From Macrostomum lignano (Eukaryota): a stretch of DNA of 36,758 nucleotides. The position numbers were made by a program, and so were the translations under genes. The stretch's first letter is position 1; each line of letters opens with the position of its first letter. Positions 1-9,000 of the stretch are shown here, piece by piece. The notes under the pieces are model-generated. The model did no database searches, was not told the DNA's origin, and saw only the letters and a program-made list of their open reading frames with translations. Location: contig NIVC01002644.1 in NCBI GenBank assembly GCA_002269645.1, forward strand, positions 63,726-100,483, read 5' to 3'.

Positions 1-114
1 ATCAATAGTTTACAGTATCTTTGGCTTTAGCAAGGCGATCTTGGTTAAGATATATTGGACAGAAAATTTTCCCTATATATAATTTGTGTAACTCTTGATT
101 TCCAGGTGAAAAAA

Positions 115-747
115 ATGGATATTTCAACTCCCGATCTAAAGCCACCGCCGCCGCCTCAGCAGCAGCGGGCTCAGCGGCATCTTCCACCTGTTCCACCCCC
201 GACGCCCCGTCGGGCTCTTGACGATGTTAGCCGACTGTTGCCGCAGTGCCAGATGCGCGCGCTTGAATGCGTCGGCTTCTGGCTGGCAGAAATTGCCGAT
301 TGTCTGCTGGCTAAAGGAGGTGGCGGTGGAGGAGGCGCCTGCGGCAGCAGCGGCTCAGCGCAGTCGGCCTGCGAGCTCATACTGAGCCTGGGCTCCGACG
401 GCTATACCGCCTACTGTTTAGCCAAATCCTATTTGGATCGGGGAGAATTTCTACGCGCTTGCGCCTACGCTAAGAAGCGTTGCGCTAACGATAGCGCTGA
501 GCAGTCGTCGCATCCGCTGCTGTATTTTCTGTATTTGTACTCAAAGTATCGAGCCGCTGAGAAGCGTCGATTGGACGACGAAGCCGAGCTGCGTTGGCTG
601 CAACAGCAGCAACCGTCGACGCAGCAACAACAGCAGCAGCAACAATCACCGCAGCAGCAGCAACAGCAGCAGCCTGCTCCTGTAGTTGGCGGAGCGGCCG
701 GTTTAGGAGGCTCCCGTAGTGCCGTTGTGCAGAATGAACTGATCGAG
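115..747 (+). CDS. CDC23: CDC23 exon 1 (N-terminal APC8 domain with polyP/polyG/polyQ insertions)
   Basis: ATG at 115 follows TTTCCAG (AG 104-105). Donor GAG|GTTAGT at 748, phase 0. Confidence 0.9.
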
Positions 748-3700
748 GTTAGTGCGGGGATAGCTATGCGTGTAAAGGCTACTCTGGGCATTCCTGCCCA
801 GCAGTCAATGTACACTTAAAACAATTATTCCTGCCCCGCCGCCAATGTACATTTAAAACAATTATTCCTGCCCCGCCGCCAATGTACATTTAAAACAATT
901 ATTCCTGCCCCGCCGCCAATTTACATTTAAAACAATTATTCCTGCCCCGCCGCCAATGTACATTCAAAACAATTCTTCCTGCCCCGCCGCCAATGTACAT
1001 TTAAAACAATTATTCCCGCCCCGCCGCTAATGTACATTCCAAACTATTATCCCTACCCTGCCGGGATAGTCGCCGTAATCGCCGCCAATGTACATCAAAG
1101 TACAAGAGCTTAAAGCATGCATTCTAGTTTCTTATCTACACCTCCAATTAAAAATAAAACTTTTGCAGATCAAACGCGAACTCGAACTTCGAATTCGCCG
1201 TCCAGGTCCCGGCCTGGACGCCTACTGTTACTATCTGTACGCGCTGGTGCTGAAATCGTTGGCTACGAGGATCAGGCTAGCGCGGCGCTGACCACCTCAC
1301 TGAGGCAGGAGTCAGCCCTGTGGCCGGCCTGGTCAATGCTGGCCGATCTGGTACGAAATCGGCACGAACTGGAAGGCCTAGTCTTGCCTAGGCATTGGAT
1401 GCGTCAGTTCTTTTTAGTTGCCGCCTATGTTCGACTGCACGAGAGCGGCAAAGCGGAACTGCTGCTAAACGAATTGACTGCAGCGCATGGCGGCTGCCTT
1501 GCCGATTGCGCCTATCTGATGCGCTATCTGGGCATTGTGAAGGATCAGCAGAGATCCATGGGCGAGGCTAAGGCTGTGTTTAAACAGCTGTTCGAGTCTG
1601 ATAGGCAAGTTTCTGGATTTGTTCGACTTTGCTTTTTTGCTTGTTTGGTTTTTTATACATTTCTAGAGCCGTTCTAAGAATTCCGATTAAGCTGATTTAA
1701 TGGTTCCAGTTTTAGCAGATTAACGGTGTGAATTTCGGTGGATTAACAGGGTGTGAATTTCGGTGGATTAACAGGGTATGAGATTCAGCGGATTAACAGA
1801 GTAATGAGATTCAGCGGATGAACTTGGTATGAAGTTTAGTGGATTAACGGGGTATGAGATTCAGCGGATTAACAGAGTATGAGATTCAGCGGATTAACAG
1901 AGTATGAGATTCAGCGGATTAACAGAGTATGAGATTCAGCGGATTAACAGAGTATGAGATTCAGCGGATTAACAGAGTATGAGATTCAGCGGATTAACAG
2001 AGTATGAGATTCAGCGATTAACAGAGTATGAGATTCAGCGGATTAAAATAATTAGATCCTACAGATTAACGGTGTGGTATTTGCGCGGATGAACAGCTGA
2101 ACAGGCGATTCTGTGGAAATCAATTGAGAGTAGCTGAGTAGCAGTGTAGCAAAATCAATTGAGTAGCTGAGTAGCAGTGTAGCAGAAATCAATTGAGTAG
2201 CTGAGTAGCAGTGTAGCAGAAATCAATTGAGTAGCTGAGTAGCAGTGTAGCAGAAATCAATTGAGTAGCTGAGTAGCAGTGTAGCAGAAATCTATTGAGT
2301 AGCTGAGTAGCAGTGTAGCAGAAATCAATTGAGTAGCTGAGTAGCAGTGTAGCAGAAATCTATTGAGTAGCTGTGCTCGCAACTCGCTCGCTAATTAAAA
2401 AACAAACTGGCCTACCCACCCTGACAGATGCGCCCTAGATGGTGCCGATGTCTACTCCAACATTCTGTACGTTGACAACAATCACTCTCTGATGGCCGAT
2501 CTGGCGCACCAATGCGTCCTAGTTGATAGTACCGCAGACCTGCTGCGTTGTTGGCAATTATTACGGATTAAGAGGCAGTCACGACAAGGCGCTGTCTTAT
2601 TTTCAACGGGCCCTGCGACTCAGGCCCGACTATGCTTTGGTGTGGATCCTGGTTGGGCACGAGTACCTGGAATTGAAGCAGGTAGCTGTTCCGCTTCGTG
2701 ACTTTTTTGGATTGACATTTTCTATAGGACAGGTAGATTTCAGTGTTCTCAGATAGAGTGGACAGGTAGAGTTCAGATCAGTTCAGATCAGATCAGATCA
2801 GATAGAGTGGACAATTAGAGTTCTAGAACGAGTGGACATGTAGAGTTCAGATAGAGTGGACAGGTAGAGTTCAGATAGAGTGGACAGTTCAGATAGTGGA
2901 CATGTAAAGTTCAGATAGAGTGGACAGGTAGAGTTCAGATAGAGTGGACAGGTAGAGCTCAGATAAAGTAGACAGGTAGAGTTCAGACAGTCTGGTGACA
3001 GGTAGAGTTCAGACAGTCTGGTGGACAGGTAGAGTTCAGACAGTTGTGGTGGACTGGTAGAGTTCAGACAGTGTGGTGGACAGGTAGAGTTCAGACAGTT
3101 GTGGTGGACAGGTAGAGTTCAGACAATTGTGGTGGACAGGTAGAGTTCAGACAGTTGTGGTGGACAGGTAGAGTTCAGACAGTGTGGTGGACAGGTAGAG
3201 TTCAGACAGTTGTGGTGGACAGGTAGAGTTCAGACAGTTGTGGTGGACAGGTAGAGTTCAGACAGTGTGGTGGACAGGTAGACAGCTAAGAGTGACCTGC
3301 GCAGGTAATAATCCCTATCCCTAACCCGCCCGAGCAGGTGAGCAATGCTATCCAAGCCTACCACAAGGCGGTCACCTTCAACCCGGCGGACTACCGCGGC
3401 TGGTACGGCCTGGGCCACGCGCACGAATTAAACAACAAATCCTATTACGCAATTTATTATTTCCGCGAATGCGAACGCCTGTGCAATACAGATCCTCGCA
3501 TTATGGTTGCCCTGGGCGAGAGCTACAGTCGGGTTAGTCTCAATGAGGAGGCGAAGAAATGCTACGTGAAAGCGTTTCACTTGGGCGATCCGGACACAAT
3601 GGCCCTGTTCCGGTTGGCTGAGCTGTACGAACATCTGGCGAGAAGGTGAGACTACCGTCGGGTTCTTTGATGACCGCTTCAACTCCTGGGGAATGCTGTT

Positions 3701-4469
3701 CGAATAAATGAGATTCTTATAGCAGATAAAAATCTCACTCTTGAGATTATCACGGGTGAGATTCTTGGAAAAGATAGTCTGAAGAGTGAGATTCTTGGAA
3801 AAGATAGTCTTAAGAGTGAGATTCTTGGAAAAGATAGTCTTCAGAGTGAGATTCTTGGAAAATATAGTCTTAAGAGTGAGATTCTTATGGCAGATAATCT
3901 CACGGGGGAGATTCTTAGAACAGAAAAACTCAAGTTTGAGATTCTTATAGCAGATCAAATCTCGGGGATTCGTGATACGGAAAATCCTAATAGTGGGATT
4001 TTTAATACAGATTTTCTCAATGATAATCTTATTCGAACGGTGTGAGATTTTGCTGACAGTTAATTTCTAGGGTTGAATTATCGTATTAATCATCACAAGA
4101 ATCCGTAGGTTGAGATTATATAATAAAGACTTAGATTTAATCTATCTAATCTCTCAACTACGCGCCATTAATCCGCAGGACAACGCGTGCAACGCCTACC
4201 TGATGCTGGTCAGCACAGTGATCAAAAGTGGCGCCACAGACACCAAAGCCGAGCCGGCAGCCTATCGATTCTTGGCCCAGCACTATCTGGATCGCAACCA
4301 GACTGAGGAGGCTGCCAAAGCCGCCAAGATGTGCTTAGACTATGCCGAGACTAAAGAATTCGGCAAAGATCTGCTGCGCCAGATTGGACTGCGCGCTACA
4401 GCTGGCGCTGGCGCCGCCGTCGCCGCCACTGGCGCTGTTGCAACTTCGTTTGGTTGGGCAAAGAATTGA
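115..4469 (+). CDS. CDC23: Cell division cycle protein 23 / APC8 (APC/C TPR subunit), 5 coding exons: 115-747, 1169-1604, 2428-2681, 3338-3645, 4179-4469; three apparent frameshifts (~1261, ~2530, ~3637)
   Basis: The spliced translation is collinear with CDC23 as I recall it: LAKSYLDRGEFLRA, YFLYLYSKY..AEKRRLDD, LDAYCYYLYALVLKSL, WPAWSML, DVYSNILYV, TCCVVGNYYGLRGSHDKALSYFQRALRL, GHEYLELK, AIQAYHKAV...DYRGWYGLGHAHE, AYRFLAQHYL, GKDLLRQI. Splice sites flank every block. Confidence 0.95.
791..1050. repeat. 37-bp minisatellite, ~7 copies (CAATGTACATTTAAAACAATTATTCCTGCCCCGCCGC), CDC23 intron 1
   Basis: Units start at 806, 843, 880 and onward, with period 37. Confidence 0.95.
1169..1604 (+). CDS. 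CDC23: CDC23 exon 2 (1-nt frameshift at ~1261)
   Basis: Acceptor TTTTGCAG at 1168. Homology switches from the frame of ORF 1088 to the frame of ORF 1117 at VLKSL/GYEDQA. Ends at a GC donor AG|GCAAGT. Confidence 0.88.
1715..2050. repeat. 25-bp minisatellite (GAGATTCAGCGGATTAACAGAGTAT), CDC23 intron 2
   Basis: Direct tandem copies that degenerate toward the 5' side. Confidence 0.95.
2115..2372. repeat. 34-bp minisatellite (GAGTAGCTGAGTAGCAGTGTAGCAGAAATCAATT), ~7 copies, CDC23 intron 2
   Basis: Units at 2161, 2195 and onward, with period 34. Confidence 0.95.
2428..2681 (+). CDS. CDC23: CDC23 exon 3 (frameshift at ~2528-2534)
   Basis: Acceptor CTGACAG at 2427. CALDGADVYSNILYV...LVD continues as PQTCCVVGNYY...ELKQ in another frame. 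Donor CAG|GTAGCT at 2682. Confidence 0.88.
2730..3283. repeat. 24-bp grading into 27/28-bp minisatellite (core GTGGACAGGTAGAGTTCAGA), CDC23 intron 3
   Basis: Tandem copies; period 28 at 3121, 3149, 3177. Confidence 0.95.
3338..3645 (+). CDS. CDC23: CDC23 exon 4 (TPR repeats)
   Basis: Acceptor GAGCAG at 3337. VSNAIQAY...LAELYEHL. Donor AAG|GTGAGA at 3646; the phase matches exon 5 only if one G is missing at ~3637 (CTG GGC GAG AAG). Confidence 0.9.
3705..3960. repeat. 30-bp minisatellite (GAGTGAGATTCTTGGAAAAGATAGTCTTAA), CDC23 intron 4
   Basis: Tandem copies; these produce the spurious LKTIFSKNLT ORF on the - strand. Confidence 0.9.
4179..4469 (+). CDS. CDC23: CDC23 exon 5 (terminal coding exon)
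   Basis: Acceptor CCGCAG at 4178. DNACNAYL...AYRFLAQHYLDRNQTEEAAKAAKMC...GKDLLRQI, then TGA at 4467-4469. Confidence 0.9.
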   Translation, partial: DNACNAYLMLVSTVIKSGATDTKAEPAAYRFLAQHYLDRNQTEEAAKAAKMCLDYAETKEFGKDLLRQIGLRATAGAGAAVAATGAVATSFGWAKN

Positions 4470-5156
4470 TGCGCCCAGATCGGGGGTTTGGCAAACTTTT
4501 TTGATAACGGGTAACCAGGCCAAGTAGCGTCCCAGAGTCACTTGCGTCGCCCCGGAGTCGTTGCAGGTAACGCACGTAAAATAGGTTCGTAGAGTCGTAT
4601 TTGGTGCGTGCCAAAGTCGCTGTAGATCGTCACTGAGTTGCGATTAAAGCGCATTTGCGTCGCTTCATGAATTAAAGTCACATCTCCGGCGTCTCAGCGG
4701 CGTTCTCCAGTTGCTAGAAAAAGTGGCCGAAAAAAGGCGCTTATTGAATTCGAATTGCACTCTCTAACTAGCCTACTGAGTTAGTAGAAAGTTAAGCGCC
4801 AACACAACAATTCTTGGACGACTCTTTCGCGACTCTTACGACACAACACGTCGCCTCTGGGTTGTTAAAAAGTCGGGAGAGTCGGTCTGGAGTCACTAGT
4901 GATTTGTTTGCAATGACTCTTTAGCGATTCTTGTCACGGTAACGTTTTCAACGGGAGGAGGGCTAAGAGGCTTCGCGGGGCAGCGAATTTGCCAACCCTC
5001 ATTGTCCAAATAATTAATGCTGACAAAGCTCAATTAATTAATAATTTTTTGTGTTTAAAGTGTACAATGTTTAAACTAAAATTTGTGTTTGCATTTTTGT
5101 AATTGCTAATCGAATTGATCAACTGTCTCCTAAAAGTTTGAATGCTATTACCGGTA

Positions 5157-5162
5157 AATAAA
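5157..5162 (+). terminator. Candidate polyadenylation signal for CDC23
   Basis: AATAAA about 690 nt after the stop codon, followed by T/GT-rich sequence. Confidence 0.45.
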
Positions 5163-5329
5163 TACATATTTTTGTAGCTCCATTTTGCGTGTTTGGTTTT
5201 CGCTGCTTTTGACAGCGAAATTTTATGTTACTATACATTTCCTACATTAGATTTTGAACATTTCGAGTACTCTGGTGCTATATCATTCGGCTCAGACTAG
5301 ATTTTGAGGCTACCACATCAGATAGCAAT

Positions 5330-5700
5330 GTTGGGGCTCTCTTCCAGATCAGTTGGAATCTAGGGGCTCTCTACCACATCGGATTAAATGTCGAACGTCT
5401 TCAACACCCGATTGAATTTTGGGGCTCTCTACCACACCAAGCTATATTTTCGGGCTCAACCTCACCAAGCGAGATTTTTCGGTTCCCTACTACGCCAATC
5501 AAGATTTTCGGGCTCTCTACATAACCAAGCGAGTTTTTTTTGGGCTCTCTACCGCACCATAGAAGAATTTTCGGGCTCCCTACGACACCAAAGAATATTT
5601 TCGGGCTCTCCACCACATCGTGCTAGATTTTCGGGCTCTCTACCACACCAAGCAAGATTTTACTAGGCTTTACCACACTAAACAAGATTCTCTAACTCTC
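5330..5700. repeat. Degenerate ~30-bp intergenic minisatellite (core GATTTTCGGGCTCTCTACCACACCAAGC)
   Basis: Recurrent GG(G)CTCTCTACCAC motifs at about 30-nt spacing. Confidence 0.8.
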
Positions 5701-5819
5701 AAGTGCATGGCGATGAAAATGTAGTATTTTTGCACAATAAATTAACTGCAACTGCGAGAGCTAATCAATAAAATAATTGCTCCAGCTAGAGGCAGCAGCC
5801 TCCTACAACCAGTAGCGGC

Positions 5820-6025
5820 ATGTCGGAGTCTCCAAGCGTCGCACCCTTAGTTGGTGACATCGGCTCGATAACCCAATCGATGCTTGACCGCTGGGCCTGT
5901 TTAGCCTACTGGACGCTGAACTGCTCAACCGGGTTGCCTTCGCTTTTGTCTACGGAGCCAATGGCAACGAGGCTGTGTTAGTTACTGGGGACGATTGCGT
6001 ATATTGCATCGGCAACGGACCGCGG
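5820..6025 (+). CDS. RCBTB1: RCBTB exon 1 (1-nt frameshift at ~5896)
   Basis: ATG at 5820 and an in-frame ATG at 5880. MLDRW continues as LFSLLDAELLNRVAFAFVYGANGNEAVLVT in a shifted frame. Donor GTTAGT at 6026; its phase disagrees with exon 2 by 1 nt. Confidence 0.8.
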
Positions 6026-9000
6026 GTTAGTGTGTACTTTTGTTGTATCCCCTCTCTCCCTGTGTCCATCTATGTGCCCCCTCTCTCCCTGTGACCCCCT
6101 CTCATGTGTCCCCTCTATGCCCCCTCTCTCCCCTAATCTCCACCCTCTTTTTCTCCCTTACCCTCCATCCTGTCTCTATTCCCTCCTCCCTTCTTATTGT
6201 GATGAATAAATTCGGGACGTAATGCTGATTAATCAACAATTGATTGACCGCAAATCAAATATATCTGATGCTTCACTAGTACAATATTAGCTAATTTAAA
6301 TGGTTGCTACGCGAAAGTATATCAATATCAATAGTAATCTCGCTACACTGTACTCTAATCTTTCTAGGCCCCGGCATAATCTCCGAAGCGCACCTGAATG
6401 TCCCTGGCGGCCTGGCCGTTCAACTTGACGCCCTGTGCGGCTGTCGAGTAGTTGAATTGGCCAGCGGCAGCGGGCCGCACCTCCTGGCCCTGACTGACAG
6501 CGGAGATCTGTACACCTGGGGCAGCAATAGTCATTGCCAACTAGGCAACGGCAATACTAATCAACTGCTGCAGCCAACCCTGTCCAGCCTGCTCAAGGTG
6601 TGCAGCATCGCCTGCGGCGCCAGTCATTCCTTGGCGCTAACACAGGACGGCGAGGTCTACGCTTGGGGCTGCAATAACTGCGGACAGGTGAGGGAAATTC
6701 TTTCGCTGGCTAATCTCCTCTCTCTCTCCTGGCTAATCTCCTCTCTCTCTCCTGGCTAATCTCCTCTCTCTCCTGGCTAATCTCCTCTCTCTCTCTCCTG
6801 GCTAATCTCCTCTCTCTCTCCTGGCTAATCTCCTCTCTCTCCTGGCTAATCTCCTCTCTCTCTCTCCTGGCTAATCTCCTCTCTCTCTCCTGGCTAATCT
6901 CCTCTCTCTCCTGGCTAATCTCCTCTCTTTCTTCTGGCTAATCTCCTCTCTTTCTTCTGGCTAATCTCCTCTCTTTCTTCTGGCTAATCTCCTCTCTTTC
7001 TTCTGGCTAATCTCCTCTCTTTCTTCTGGCTAATCTCCTCTCTTTCTTCTGGCTAATCTCCTCTCTTTCTTCTGGCTAATCTCCTCTCTCTCTCCTGGCT
7101 AATCTCCTCTCTCTCTCCTGGCTAATCTCCTCTCTCTCCTGGCTAATCTCCTCTCTCTCTCCTGGCTAATCTCCTCTCTCTCCTGGCTAATCTCCTCTCT
7201 CTCTCTCCTGGCTAATCTCCTCTCTCTCCTGGCTAATCTCCTCTCTCTCTCCTGGCTAATCTCCTCTCTCTCTCCTGGCTAATCTCCTCTTTCTTCTGGC
7301 TAATCTCCTCTCTTTCTTCTGGCTAATCTCCTCTCTTTCTTCTGGCTAATCTCCTCTCTTTCTTCTGGCTAATCTCCTCTCTTTCTTCTGGCTAATCTCC
7401 TCTCTTTCTTCTGGCTAATCTCCTCTCTTTCTTCTGGCTAATCTCCTCTCTTTCTTCTGGCTAATCTCCTCTCTTTCTTCTGGCTAATCTCCTCTCTTTC
7501 TTCTGGCTAATCTCCTCTCTCTCTCCTGGCTAATCTCCTCTCTCTCCTGGCTAATCTCCTCTCTCTCTCTCCTGGCTAATCTCCTCTCTCTCCTGGCTAA
7601 TCTCCTCTCTCTCTCCTGGCTAATCTCCTCTCTCTCTCCTGGCTAATCTCCTCTCTCTCCTGGCTAATCTCCTCTCTCTCTCTCCTGGCTAATCTCCTCT
7701 CTCTCCTGGCTAATCTCCTCTCTCTCTCCTGGCTAATCTCCTCTCTCTCTCCTGGCTAATCTCCTCTCTCTCCTGGCTAATCTCCTCTCTCTCTCCTGGC
7801 TAATCTCCTCTCTCTCCTGGCTAATCTCCTCTTTCTTCTGGGTAATCTCCTCTCTTTCTTCTGGCTAATCTCCTCTCTTTCTTCTGGCTAATCTCCTCTC
7901 TTTCTTCTGGCTAATCTCCTCTCTTTCTTCTGGCTAATCTCCTCTCTTTCTTCTGGCTAATCTCCTCTCTTTCTTCTGGCTAATCTCCTCTCTCTCCTGG
8001 CTAATCTCCTCTCTCCTAGAGCTCTAGAAACAAGATGCGGAAGGAAAATACATTTGATAATCCAAAGCGAGTTTCCTTTTTTCTTCTGTATACAGTGACC
8101 CGCTCTCCTGTCTCATCTCTCAGTCTAGTCTAATCGCCCTCCTTCCACAGGTGGGCTCGGGCACCACAGTCAACCAGCCTTCGCCAAGGCGCCTCGCCGG
8201 GCCGCTAACGAATCGTCGAATTCGCCGCGTCGGCGCCTGTCAATCCGCTTCGTTCGCCGTCAGCGTCGCCGGCGAAGTGTTCTCCTGGGGCTGCAACAAG
8301 CACGGCCAGCTGGGCATCGGCGGCGCGAGCGGCGCTAATCAGAACGTGCCAGTCCGATTGACGTCGCTTGAGCGTCGATTTATCGACAGTTTAGCCTGCG
8401 GCCAGAGTCACGTGCTGGCGCTCACGGACGAAGGCGAATTATGGGCCTGGGGTGCGAATTCGTTCGGCCAGTTGGGCCGCTTGGACTGCCGGTCGAATGG
8501 CGATAGCGGCAGCGGAGGGGGCGGCGGCGGCGGCTGCGGAGGCGGCAGCAGCGGCGGCTCCAACAATAACGGCAATAACGCGTTCACGCCGATCCGAGTG
8601 CTGCAACAGCGCGGCAGATTTATTGATATTGGCGCTATACATTATAGTCACACTTCGGCTGGCGTGACCGAGACCGGATTAGTGCTGGCCTGGGGTCTCT
8701 GCCGGGGCCAGCCGGTCTCCGCTCCCATAGTAACCAGATTCCTCAGCGTCAACGACGTGTTCGCCTGCATGTCGCATCCGCCAGTCACGTGCAAACGTTT
8801 AGACTTTAGTAAGTTTGTGTGTATTGTACACTGTATAGGTGAAATCGTTCGATATCGTTCTGATTCGCCGCTAATCCCACTCTGAGATTCGCCGCTACTC
8901 CCTCCCTGAGATTCGTCATTAATCCCTCCCTGAGATTCGCCGCTACTCCCACTCTGAGATTCGCCGCTACTCCCTCCCTGAGATTCGTCATTAATCCCTC

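Larger units (their letters stand above)
1605..2427 (+). other. Non-canonical GC-AG intron (CDC23 intron 2)
   Basis: AG|GCAAGT joined to CAG|A restores FESD-R-CALDGADVYSN with the same length as CDC23 KQD-P-YRIENMDTFSN. The nearby GT at 1609 gives the wrong frame. Confidence 0.8.

Noticed and set aside
55-114. N-terminal extension of CDC23 from TTG 55 as in the ORF track
   Set aside because: It is a non-ATG start upstream of a splice acceptor (AG 104-105); ATG 115 is the plausible start.
171-815. Minus-strand ORFs with polyC/polyP over CDC23 exon 1
   Set aside because: These are antisense readings of CAG/GGC-rich coding sequence.
3428-3958. 176-aa ORF with LKTIFSKNLT repeats
   Set aside because: It is a 30-bp repeat plus the antisense strand of CDC23 exon 4.
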